A stretch of 64,000 nt of DNA, from positions 6,386,001-6,450,000 of the forward strand of contig OZ176052.1 of assembly GCA_964247055.1 (NCBI GenBank). Direction: 5' to 3'. Both the position numbers and the translations under genes were made by a program. This DNA comes from Paragordius varius (lineage: Eukaryota > Animalia > Nematomorpha). Position 1 is the first letter of the stretch; the number at the start of each line of letters is the position of its first letter. The notes under the pieces were generated by a model, which saw only the letters and a program-made list of their open reading frames with translations, was not told where the DNA came from and did no database searches. Below, piece by piece: positions 38,193 to 51,851 of this stretch.

Positions 38193-41100
38193 TATCTAAA
38201 AAAAATATAAGATTTTAAACCAAACTGGTGCTCATCGAAAATTTTAAAAAACAATTTTTTTATCTGACCTCAAGGGCTGTACACCATCTAGTTGTAAAAT
38301 AGCAATAAAAATTTCACTGATCTTTGACACATTTGCAAATATTTATACTCAAAATAACATTCAAAAAAATAATAATTAGTTCACTGCCATAAAAAGTACC
38401 ATTAAAGCCGCGGTTAGAGTCCACTACTATCATGTAGCAGTATTTAGTTATCCATAATGTTCGCACTTTGCCCAATTCAAATTTTTATTTTTTCGAAAAC
38501 TAACGGTCTTAGTCATATTTCGGTATATTATTTTCACACTCATTAGCCTTCTAACAAAAATCCGGTAGATAAGAATTAACCCTTATTTTATCACACTGTG
38601 CTTTCGCAAAGGTAGAGAGAGAGTTTTATTGAATCAGTGAAAAACCATTGGTACGCTATATTATTTATATAAGAAGCTATTACCTCTATAATTAGAATAT
38701 ATTTTTTCCGTAAAATAAAATATTTCATATAGCGCAGCCTTATACATGTGTAATTTTATATTGATACTAAAAATGCTGTATTTGCGGTATATTTTATAAA
38801 TTTTTATCATGTATATGTGAATCATATTTTTGGCGACTTTGAAATATTTCGGTAGAATGCCAAACTTTGTTTTAACGATTAATGGATTGGGCGCCATGAA
38901 AATCGGTCAATAAATTACTCATCTGAACCTGTTGTATTTTGTATTGAGTAAAATTATATAAAAATAATCCACCTTTTGCAATAGCAAACTTATAAATTAC
39001 ATATTTTCGATGGATTACATTTTAAAATTTATAGTATAATTAAAAACATTGCTGCGTTTAGAAGATTTTTATTTTACTCAGAATCTAGTCTCCAATACAA
39101 TATGTGCCTGATGCCGATTAGCGAATAATAAACATTTATGCATAAAGCATTTGATAAATTTTGTTTTATAATTTCACGTGTTTTCAATAAAATTGTTATA
39201 AAAATTTCCACCGGAAATAATGGTTGGGTAAAGTATATTTCCATAAACTATGTGTTTAAAAGTAATTTTCACCTCATCAACTTTTTAACAAAAAAATTTT
39301 AAAACAAAAAATTAGTACATTCTATCCCTCAAAAAACTGCCTGCCCAAAACCATTTGGCTTATGGATATGAGTAAAAACATTGCTTAATATTTTTTATAT
39401 TCAAAAAGAAAAAAAAACAGAAAAACATAATTTTATGCAAAACTAAAAACAAACAAAATAAAAATATTGAGAGTTTATGTAATTGACACACTCACTCGTT
39501 TGCCATTTTTCACGGTTCAAAAGCGTATAAAAACACAAAATAAGTCCTAGAAAGAACAAAATTTTAGTTAAATTAAGCATTTAAAATGGCATTCTCTATA
39601 TTTTTATTTTCATTCACATTCAAAATTACCTTTTAATGTAACAAATATTCAAGTACCTACTATATTATGGTGTGGTGTCTATATCATTTAGCAAGCCATC
39701 CAACCAACCATCAGAACCTTTTTTTCTTTCTTCTCTTTTGTATACAATATAAAACAAACAATGCATAATATATAATTTTTATATCATAAATTTTACAATT
39801 TTAATAAGATTATATTAAAAGCACACACATACAATAGTATCAATTATATTCTTATAAATGATTTTTGATTGAATAAAAAAAATCTATTATCTTTCGTCCA
39901 TTACTGTATAATCTCATTTGCACGAAATCATCAAGATTTTTCATTATCACAACAAAATTAGAAGCATTTGTTTTTTCCCCAGCATTACTGCATTAATTAT
40001 TTTCCCAGTTAAAATTTTTTTATTAACTCGTTCTTACCCTTATTATCACTTAATCATTCTTAAATTTTTTCATTAAATTATTTTTTATCATAAATATTCT
40101 TTAAATTCAAAATCACCATGCTTAGATACTATCATATTTTGTTATTGAGGATCATAATATTCTTAAAATTTGGTAATTTATTTTAAATAGTTATATCTTT
40201 TTTAAATAATATTTTAATTTATATTTATAATAGCAAAATTAATTTTTAAATTGATTACGCTAAACTAAACGATTTGGTAGCTTTAGAGCATTTTATTTTA
40301 TAAAAATTATTTGACCATAGATGTGATCATATCGACTTTTTTAAAAATAATTTCTATGAAGCCTAATTTATATAAAATTCATATTTTGGGCAAAACATAT
40401 TTGTTGTCTTTTGTGATACTTTTAGAATATTTATACATGTCAAAAAACTATCGAATGATAGCGATTAAGCCAAAAAACCAAAGTTATTTTAATTATATGT
40501 ATCTTAAAAACACCATGTAATTAAAATTGGGATAGTTTACTATCCCAGGTTTTTTTGAAAAGATATTCTATAAAAAATATTTATAACATGTCAATGCTAA
40601 TTATGTAACTTTTTTTTGTCCCGAACCTACAAAATCTTGTGTTTGTGAAAATATTTTCAATCTATTCGTATTTTCAGAACTATTAATAAAGTATCGTGTT
40701 TTTATATTCTACGGCTAAAATTTCTTCTTATATTTTCAATGCAGTAAAAATGGTCAAAATATATTTCACTATTTTGATATTTTGTTAAGTGATTTTCCAG
40801 TTTTTTGCCAAATTTTACGGCATCAATGTTGATTATAAGTGTGAATTTTAATATTGCTTAAATACATGTTAAATGTTTTAAAATAATTGATTTCAAATTG
40901 CCTGGGCACCCCAATCGTAACGAAGGAATTAAATGACTTGCGTTTAACTATGCATGCTTAAAATAATAAAAATTATCAAATTTTTTTAAATTAATGACTC
41001 ATTTAAATGGTATTGATATCTGAATGATTTTCTTTGTATCTCACATATAAAAAGAAGAACAGTCCATTGTTTATAAAATCATTTACAATGATTTAACTTT

Positions 41101-42535
41101 GTTTGGTTCATACAAATATTCTCAATGATATCAAATAATTTTATTTTTTTAGTTCGAGAATTGATTACTAAAAATAATTAATTTCACATGCTTTAAGGTA
41201 TGCAATTCAATATCTTGGTGATTTTTACTGCAGAATATTGATATATGAGTATCTGACGACATACAATATATATTTTTTTCATTTTTTTTCCCATTGAAAA
41301 CATACAAAAGATACATGTCTACATTGTAATAAAAATAAAATAGGGACACCTAATATCAGTACCAGGTAAAAATTATGTGTGTAAAAACCCCTTTCTTCTT
41401 ATCTTTATATAAAAGTCAAGTCATTTATATATATAGTTGATTATATATAATCAGATAACAGAAATACCATTATTATTGATTAAATATAAAACTATCCAAC
41501 CAACCAAACAACCTTTGCAAAAAATTTATTTAAGGTACACACATACAATGTGCGTGTGATCGATTGAGTGAAATTAGATCTGAAAAATATATATATTTCT
41601 AAGTATCAGAGACATATTTTAGAGTGTGTACAATTACTTACTATCTGTATAGTATCTATAATTTCAGTCGTAATTGAAATAGGGAAAGGCAGGTAAACAT
41701 ATTAATGTAACTATAATTTTAATTGGTTATCAGATTAAATTTTGATTTTTTTATCATACGCATACGGATCAAATATCAAAGTATGAAAGTCAGTTTGATC
41801 TGAAATTATAATTTAAATAATTCTTGAACATATTCATGCGTAATAAATACGGGATATTTTAGGACTCTCAACATTAAATCTGAGTTTCATTTTATCCTTA
41901 GAGATAATTATGATGAGAAAATTTTTCGATCGTTCTTGGTATGTAGGGGATGAAAGTATATTAAATCATAATTTAATTTTATATCTCTAATTTGAAAACC
42001 TTTTGTAAGAATATATATAAATCTCTTTGTGCTGAAAAAAATTATCTAATCTAAGAATGGTTATATTTTCATATTTTACTATATTTGACGTTTAAAATTT
42101 AGTATAATATTTATGAGATATAAACAGCAGTAAGGCTGTGAATTTTGAATAAATTATTACTAATTATCGCAAATATGTGCGAATTCAAATTAGATTCAAG
42201 GATAAAATATAATATATAAAGCATATAAGTTCCTAACTACGAAATAGCGGCAGTAATTATGATTTTAGTGTTATAGCTTGAAATTATTTAATTTTGATTT
42301 AATAAAGTTTTGAACGTCACCCCAAATGTCCTAATAGTTGGTGAATACTTAAATACTGATGTTAAATAATTGTGGGTTTTCAAATCGTATGGAGAATTAT
42401 CTAAAGCTAAAATAATATTACAGAAATGGAGGATTTTATTTTATAAGCATAGAAGTTATAAAACATAACTGTACGATTTAGTTTTTTCACCAATTTTTAT
42501 ATAAATGACTATAAAAGTACCTAATTTTTATATAG

Positions 42536-45500
42536 TATCATTTGCCCCAAATCTTGCTCAATACTCGGCACCTGTAGGGAATTACAACAATTACCACAAC
42601 AATCCTATCCGCCTTTTGGGTTCAGTTATACCCTTTTGGGTGCTTGAACCACAAGACACTTTTGTGGTTAAACAGAATCCGGCTACGTTAGAATGTGCCG
42701 CTAAAAATGCCCGAGATATCGTTTTCAAATGCAATGATGAGGATATGGCCAAATATCAATACCTGACTGAAACGTACCGAGACCCGCTAAGCAATGAAAT
42801 AATTCTGAAAACGGCCATAGACATTACCAGGGCTCAAGTCGAAGAATTTTATGGGCCAAACGGTTATCATTGTAGCTGTTTGGCTGTGGGCGGATCCTAT
42901 GATGAACCTAGCAAAACTATTAGTCGCTCAGCTTTGGTCCAAATTGCAAGTATATATATATGTTTAAAAATTTAACATCACGCATCATAATTTTAAAAAT
43001 AGTCTGATTAAAAAATAATCTTAGTTAGCATTTTAATGTTGGCTTATTCACCGATATAATTAATCGATTGACAACACAGTAGTGTATGATAAAAACAACA
43101 AAATATTGAATAAACAATATTCCTAACTTAAACATTACTTTGTTTATGCCAATTGACCAACTATGGTGAGAATAAGCCAGCATTAAAATGCTTAACTGTA
43201 ATATGAAATATGATATTTTGGTATATTGATTTGATCGATACATTGTTTCAATGTCGGCTTTTATAGACTATGGAGGAGTCTCTTGTACTTTAAAAATTAA
43301 CTGAAAATATTATTGTTTAATATACAGTGGCGTATGCAGTAAAAGATTGTTAGTGCAAAATAATCTTAATTAACACAAAACAGGGGGACAATTTTCATAT
43401 ATTAATTATCATTCAGTCCTATTTATAAACATATCCATAATATCCCCCTCATTAAGATTATTTTGCACTAACAATCTTTTACTGCATACGCCACTGTAAA
43501 AGGATAGAATACACAACATATTGTTTTATACAATTGTTATTTTATCTGTCTGTCTTGCGTATAGTTAGGCGCCTTAATCTCATGATAAATATCTTATTAA
43601 TTAATGCGTATATATGTATACCTTGCTACACATCATTTTTTTATTTTTATGTCGTCAGAAATCACAAAATGACAATACATAATTAAAACTAATTTTTAAA
43701 TGTATACCAAATCAAGATTGCTTAAACAGAAATAGCTTGTATACAAAGTTCGAACAAATTTAATTTATAATTCCTTTATATACTGGTGGTGTTTTTTAAC
43801 CATTAGGGGCACAAAAGGAGATTTAATCTGATGATTATCTTTATATTCCTATTTATCACAACACAACTAAACTTTGACTTTATATATTTTGACCACAATG
43901 GAAGAAAATAATTGAATAATTTGCTGAATTAATGTAAAAAAAAAGAACAAAGATATAAATAACTTTATCTATTGTATCTGCTCTCCCGCACTTTGCCCGT
44001 AAATTTTATCTCTACTCAAATCATTTTATCTACACATTGAATAAGTTAAATTGATAAAACAAACAACCTGTATAACAAAAAACGAATGATTAAAGATAAA
44101 ATTCATAAAACATGTACAATCGATATTTTGAACAAAATTTCCAAAACATTTGACCAATTTGTACTTTTAGCTATGACTAAAAGTTTAGTTAATATTAACA
44201 ATTCAGTCTACCTCTCTCAATCATCATTTATTATTCATCTCCAATCTCAGGAGAATTAGAAAAAAAAATATTCATTTTATAAGAACGCACATCCTGTGCA
44301 AATGACTAGTGTCCATAAATCATCTAAAATAAAAGTTGTGTATTTCCCTATCAATTCGTGCCATTTACCTAAATATTTTATTAGGACTCAATAAACAACA
44401 TAAAAATAAATTTAAGTATTGAATAATATTATATAAAATGATTATTATCAAATTGGTATATATTATCCATAGTCTTAAATTGTTTTACATATAAAAATCA
44501 ATAAGACACACAATTGGACTCGTATTTTATCAATGCACATCTCAATAGCTTGAAGAGTTTGTATTATATCTACATGTAAATTCTTTTATTAAACTTAACT
44601 TTTACAAGAAAAATCTCTTGGGATAAAAAAGAAATGTAATAAAAATGATTATGTATATAGGATTTACGCATATTAAATTACAATTTTGTGTTCACATCTT
44701 ATGTAGGTAAGATTAGTTTATTGTCTTACTAACTGGATTTTGTACTGCCATTTAAATAATTAATACCCGTGGAAATTATAGTAAAATCGTGGTTTTCCTC
44801 ACAAATTATCTTAAATTTGTGTAAAATATGGTCCTTGAAAATGCATTTTACTCTAATAAAACCGTTGATACATAAAATATTTAAACACCTCCCCTTAATA
44901 CATTTTTTATGGTTAGGTCTTAAAAAATATTTCGAAAAACAACCCGTGTCCATTTCCACGGAAGTCAACTCTACGGTTGAATTGCAATGCCTCCCACCCT
45001 ATGGATTACCGAAACCCGAAGTTTTTTGGATGAAAGATGGCATTCCCCTTGATGTAGATAAAGACCCTAACCTCATACTATCGAGTGAAGGAAGCTTACT
45101 CATTAGTATGGCCAGTTTGAGGGATCGTGGAAATTATAGTTGTGTCGCCAAGAATATTGCGAATCAACGCTCAACTGAACCTGCTTCTCTTAATGTTTAT
45201 GGTATTAATATTTTATAATTATTTTTACGTTTATGTGATATCATCCTTAAGTGTTTCAAATATTGTTTAATAATCAAGGTATAAATTGGTTTAAAGATAC
45301 AAGAATCTAAATAGTTTGAGTGGTTTTGCAATTCATTACGTAATGGAAGAAACAAAAACATATTGACACATATATGTGAAGCATTGAAAAATCTATATTA
45401 TTTCTTGTGTTACATAAGTAGGACTTCCGTCCTTTTGGTCACGGGAAACAATTTATTTTATCATAGAATGTAAATTTAGTAATCCTTTTAAATCGATATT

Positions 45501-48500
45501 AAAGTTACCTTAGATAAAATTACCGAATCAAACATCGGAAAAAAGATATTTTAAACGCTTGATTTGCAATAGATAATTTATATTTTTACGTAGCATAACA
45601 TTTATATGTTTAGTTGTTTTTTATAATTTGTCATCTTTCAGCAGGCTATTTGCTATTTTTCAAAAATCATGCTAAAAACTAATAAAATTAATTTATAACC
45701 ACCAATTAAAAATTATACCTATTAAAAAGTCAAATAGCATTAATACTAGACATTATGTCTTAAAACAAAATATATATTTTTGTTCTCAAAAGCATCGCAC
45801 ACACCTGTAGATATGATATTTAATATCAAAATTTTATGTGGTTGAGTTAACAGATTTTTAATAGCTTATACATCTACCTCCATATATCATTTGATTTTTA
45901 TACTTGGAATAATTTATAAAATATATAAATTTTCAGGTAAAATTATTTTAAAAAATATTAATATAAAATTTGTTTTATATATGTGTGTCGTCCGGTTATA
46001 AAAATATAATTAATTTTATTACATATTTATTTAACGAGCGTACCTCTTATTACCGCTTATCGTGTTGAAATATGATTCTTTGCGTTCGAAATGTTTCATA
46101 ATTAAATAAAAATTTGTGTTATGATTAAATATCTGGTTTTGATCTAATTATATATCTGGCTAATTTATAAATAATGTTGATTTAAAAATATTGTATTTCT
46201 GCCTGATTCACAATGTAATCATATATGTACAATGTAAAAAAAGTAAATTATTTATGTTTTTGTTTGAAAGGGAACAAACAATCTTGTTAGCCATGACAGA
46301 TATTGATTACGAGAGAATGGTTGTTTAAATTTTTTGCTTCTTTGAAAATTTATGTATGATATATATTTAGCATCATTTATATACATGCTAGTTTTAGCTA
46401 ACATATTTACACATATTTTATGAAGCATTTGAATCAAATAGTTTTTAAATAATAATATTAACCAGATAATTTTGTAATGATTTATAAAATACTATAAGTT
46501 AATCATTAAAATACAATCTATGTGGGTAAGCTTTAAAATATTACAATCTCATTAATTTTAATAAGATTTTACCGCCGGGATGATTAAAATATAAGACTGT
46601 ATTACAGTATAGTATCATCTAAAATCATTAATGATTGTAATTACTTAATTTAATATTATATCATTAATTTTTATTCTTTTTTGGGCAGACTAGATTTGAA
46701 AACATAACAATATATATTTTCTATAAGTATTTAACACAATTATATTTTTAACAAGAGTTGTGAAAAAGTTCTAAAACAATTTATAAATATTTTAGTTAAT
46801 GGCGGATGGTCGGATTGGACCGAATGGCCAAGCTGCATTGATAATTGTGAGAAGGGTTTTCGAAAACGATACCGTTTCTGCGCGAATCCGAAACCCATTA
46901 ATAATGGGCGAGATTGTTCGGGTCCCGCTGTCCAAAGAGAAAGCTGTGACATGTATTGCCCAGGTAAATTTTCTTGTATATGATAAAATGACTGTAAATG
47001 GTTAAACAAGTAATGAGCAATAATATTTTGTTGGTCGAGATGAATGGTTCCAAGAAACTTTATACAGTAAACAGCCAAATTATTGACTATAAGGGCCGTT
47101 TATTAATTGGTGATTAAAAATAAAACAAAAAAATGTATCAGAAATCACAGACTTTATTGTTTTGAAGTAAACAGGCTTATTCATTGGTAGATACTGATAC
47201 TGTTAATTGGTGAATATAGAAAATATAAGAAGAGAATACTAAAATAACCTTCTATTTTGATATTTCCGATGTTAAAATCTGTGAGAAGATCTCTATTTTT
47301 GTATAGTAAGATAGAGTTTATGACTTGTAAAGTTATGTACCTTACTTTCCCAAAGCTAATACGAATTATAAAAACTATGTATTAATCCAATCTACATGAT
47401 AAACACACGTTTGTTATAATTCTTTTAATAAATGTATAGTTAATGGAGGTTGGACCCAATGGTCCCTTTGGTCACAATGTAGTAAGGATTGTAAGGCTTA
47501 TCGAAGGCGTTCTTGCACGAATCCATCACCGTTAAATGGTGGTCGAGACTGTGGAGATTTAGATGGAAGTTTACCCTTTCAAATAGCAAACTGTAGCGGA
47601 GATTTCTGCGGTTCTGATAATGGACCTTTTCGCTTGCTTCTTACGAACGAGGGGGGAGACAATAGTATAATTTCCTCAGATTTTAATGATGAACATCTGA
47701 TTGATTTAATCAAGGGACAAATCGTCGATGATGGGGATACTAATATGGAAACAAACACAAACGCGATTGGTACACTTTATTAAATCTTAATATATTTTAT
47801 AAAACCGGGGATAAAAAGATGATAGGGGTTTCTGGCACAGTAAACTATAAATAGACAAAGTTATATTTTTTAAAGGGTATATTTTTTATTTTTTATTTTT
47901 AAGATCTTCCTGCCAATAAAACATTTTCTTAATATATATTGATGGCAAATTGTTTGGTATAAGGGAAAATATTTCACACTAAGAATCGTTTTAGACTGGT
48001 AAAAAATAGACATACTCAAAAAATTTTTAAGGATCTATTTTTTATAATTTATTCTGCTAAAAATAGTTTTTGATATTAATTTTTATTACATATGTAGAAA
48101 ATGATGAGAATTTTCATGGGCTCTCACCAGATTTTACAATTTCAACATTTGATCGAGCTGGAAACCATCGCATTAATTTACCCACACCTGATACAAACAA
48201 GCTTATTCTGTATATCGGCATTGCACTTTGTACCATAATTTTGATCATATGTCTCATATTTATCTTTGTCTATGCTTACAAAAAGTACAATGGGCGAAAG
48301 AATCGACAACATACCCAACCTTATGCATTTGATTATGAAGCTACGAGTAAATCTTATATCTAAAATATATTTTTTTAATTTGTCACGGTTAGTTAAACCA
48401 ATAATAAAAACAGTTTTTAATGCTTTAGTACCATATATAACTATATCTTTTAACGTTTTAGACACTTTTAGTCCATATATGAATGGTGCATCACACTTAC

Positions 48501-51452
48501 TTCTTGGTTTAGAACGTGAATTTAAAAAATTTCCACTGGACCACAAAAACATTGGGGATTTCTCTCCACATATATCTAACACATCTTCGGATACCAACGA
48601 TAAAGTAAGTACACCAAATCCTAAAAAAGATGCAAAGTATGGAAAACATAAAAATTATGGTAAAAATGGAAAATGGTATGATTCCTACCATTATGAAAGC
48701 ATTAATACACTGAACACAAAAAAGGATGAGAAGGATAAGACTCTGAACTCTATTGAATCTGGAATAGGTACCGTATTAATTTTTAAAACACTTTTATTCG
48801 TTGAATTTAACCATCTAATTTGTTTAGACTGTACTAAGAAATTTAATTATTTTATGTATAGGATCATCAGCATACAATGATTCTCGTAAATGTAGCAGTA
48901 GTATGTATTCAAAACGTGACCCTAAAGCAATTATGTTGCCCGGGAAAGCAAAAAGTCAAGCCTCCGATTTGGCCCAAGAACAGATTGATAAATTAGAAAA
49001 GTTTCTGCTAATGAATCAAGCGACAGTGTTTAGAAACCCCAGCCCTGTTTTTTCTCAAGATTCCCCAAATATGTCTTCCTATCGTGCTGATAACCAAAAT
49101 GAAAAGCGTCAATTTTCCGAGAATTATTATTCGGCTCAACCAAACTTTTGTTGTAACAATAATGTAAACAATCAATTGACAACATCGAATATTGCTTATA
49201 CGACCAAAAATTTAGATTTATGTCAAACATCTTCAACGACATATTATGCATCCGTTCCTTTAACCAACAATACTTATTGTAATGACACAAATCTGAATTA
49301 TATACCGTCATCTGAATGTAATGATTGCCAAACTCATGATCATTGCACCATAAGTCATAATATTAATAATTACAAATGTAACAATGATTGTGTACAAACA
49401 CAAGTTTGTGACTGGATTGACCACAAAGGATCCACTCTACGCCTAGATAATTTTGGTAAGTTATGCTAAGTATATTTTTATACTTAAAAAACAAATATTT
49501 TAGGATTTTAGTGTCTAAATTAGTCTCTATTCGCTATTCGCTATAAAAGTTAATCAAAGTAAAAGAATATTAAATTACGTCAATAATATTTTGCACCAAA
49601 CGGTACCATATATATAGTCCACGTTAAACTAAATTAAACCTAAAAAAATCCATAAAATTAAGTTTTTTCCATATTATATATATATTAATTAGTTCAAATA
49701 GATTTCTAGCTATTCATCAACCAGCCAACATATATAAAATAATTTTTTAGGCATTACAGCAATGATACCCAGTGATTGTTTTGAAAACTCCAAAGACCCT
49801 ATACATGTAGTCTTATCCTGTTCGCCTTGCGCCAACGTTAATGAATATGTCCAATCATTTTTGCCTTCAATCACTACGTCTTTAACTCCAATTACTACCA
49901 TTAGAATTCACAATGATACAAAAACTAATTTTTACTTTAAAAAACCGATGGTTTTAACATTTAATCTCGATTCTGCAAGCATTTGTGATCCAAACCCAAA
50001 ACAATCTATCAAAATCTTGCATGCAAATCCCGATACAAAGGATTGGAGGGTAAGAAATTTTTTTACCTTTTGTTCTATCTATTTGATACTTGTAAATTTA
50101 CATTTGATATTTTTTTGGAAAAACTATTACTTATATATCAATTGTTTCAAATATATTTTAAAAAATTAAATATACTTTAGCCTTATTATAATATATTTTG
50201 ATCTTAGGTGTTGGCTACTTTGGGAGAAGAAACTATCGATACTCCAATATATTGTCACCTTAATTACGATGCAACTACAGACCAGTATCAATTTCACGTT
50301 TTGACAGAAATGACTGGAAATTATTGTGTTGTGAAAACTGAACAAAATTCATCCCACTCATCCTCAGCACAACATCAACAACATTGTAGTGTTCAAACCA
50401 ACTTTTCACATTATAAAACACTAGAGAATAAGGTATGAATATATCATTGATTTTTTCGAAAATCACTTATAACTTTGATTTCTTGCATATAATGTTTATT
50501 TTAGATATTGGTTAACTGATAATTTTCTTTATAAATATCTTAAACCGTGCCATATATTTATATGATTATTTTTATTTTATGTAGCCCAATGACGCTGAAT
50601 GGACAGCACTAAATGGTACAACCCCAAAAAAATGTGATGACAACAAAATGAGGTAAAACACCGATTTAATTTTATTATTTGCATAAGTTTCTTTTTTATA
50701 TTCAAAATTATTTCAAATATGTTGCAGAAACTTCCGAAAAATCTTAAAAGAAATTTGTCCCTTGCTTGATAAACCGAGGGCAGACGGAAAAGACTGGAGA
50801 TTATTGGCAAAGCATCTAAAGATCGATAGGTTCGATTAATTTTGATTTAATAATAATTGTTATAGAAAATATTACAATTTATTAATTGGTTTTAATGGAG
50901 AGTTTTTGAACTAGGATTCTAATTTTTTTTACATTGGCAATATTAAACCTCTTTTTTATTATTATTATTATGTATATTTATAAATTATAAATGTATAATT
51001 TTTCGGATTTTTGAAGAATAATAACAAAATATTTTTTTATAACACTTAGTAGAACCGGAACAATTAGCTTTTTTGGAATGAAAAACAAGACCGTTTTTAA
51101 CAATTTGGTTGAAATATAAAAGCTATTTTTATTTCTCAAAAAAAATGCACAAATGATTGCTTTTATCTATTTTGATCATATATTAACGTTGTATCATATT
51201 AACTAGAAAATTATAACCACTTGAATAAAAACCATTTAATAAATATATACCTATTCTAGATACATTCAATACTTTGCTGCTCGACCAAGTCCAACCGATA
51301 CTCTTTTAACGTTGTGGGAATCATTAAATCGAAATCAGACCACAACTTTAACAGATGAGCTTCAAAGCTCAACATTTGATCAATTAAAAACAATTTTGAG
51401 CAAAATGGATCGCAATGATGTTTGCCTGATTATGGAAAATTACATTGAATAA
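42536..51452 (+). CDS. unc-5: UNC-5 netrin receptor; exons about 42536-42949, 44917-45201, 46796-46963, 47440-47769, 48098-48346, 48462-48767, 48862-49455, 49751-50049, 50208-50432, 50585-50652, 50728-50829, 51260-51452 (at least about 1077 aa; signal-peptide exon not located)
   Basis: Ig1 (EPQDTFVVKQNPATLEC...ITRAQVEEFYG); Ig2 (LQCLPPYGLPKPEVFW...NYSCVAKNIA); TSP1 VNGGWSDWTEW and VNGGWTQWSLWSQC; TM LILYIGIALCTIILIICLIFIFVYA; ZU5 (GITAMIP...LGEETIDTPIYC); death domain (LDKPRADGKDWRLLAKHLKIDRYIQYFAARPSPTDTLLTLWE). All phases are consistent; the first acceptor is uncertain. Confidence 0.93.
43325..43496. mobile_element. 172-bp MITE with perfect 46-bp TIRs and TA target duplication (Tc1/mariner-type), in an unc-5 intron
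   Basis: CAGTGGCGTATGCAGTAAAAGATTGTTAGTGCAAAATAATCTTAAT (43325-43370) is exactly inverted at 43451-43496; flanked by TA/TA. Confidence 0.9.
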
Positions 51453-51851
51453 AATTACATGCCTTGTGTCTATTCATATGTGTGATTGGAGTAAAAATAT
51501 TAAACTAATCTGGAGCAAAATCGAGACACTCCGGAAAGTCTTCCAGACCAAAACATATTTTTTATAGTAAAATGTACATAAATTACAACAAAATTGCATT
51601 TTATTTATTTACATTTTTATAAAACGCATTATTATACATTTTATGCATTTAACACTCAATGATATTCGAGAAACGTGAATTTGAGTTACTTTATGGCAAT
51701 TTATATTATAAATATTAAATATCATACTGATTGATTGTATTTTATATGTGATGAGATACAATAAATATTGAAACCATATTTACCCATAAAATTTTGAATT
51801 TTAACATAATGAATGATATTGCAACGCAATGGATATATCGATTAAGCGCAC

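Noticed and set aside
27761-41349. Many 60-105-aa ORFs between PAP and unc-5
   Set aside because: They overlap repeats or AT-rich DNA; no transposase, Rep/helicase or other motifs.
46799-47005. ORF-track translation MADGRIGPNGQ...
   Set aside because: Wrong frame of the unc-5 TSP1 exon 46796-46963.
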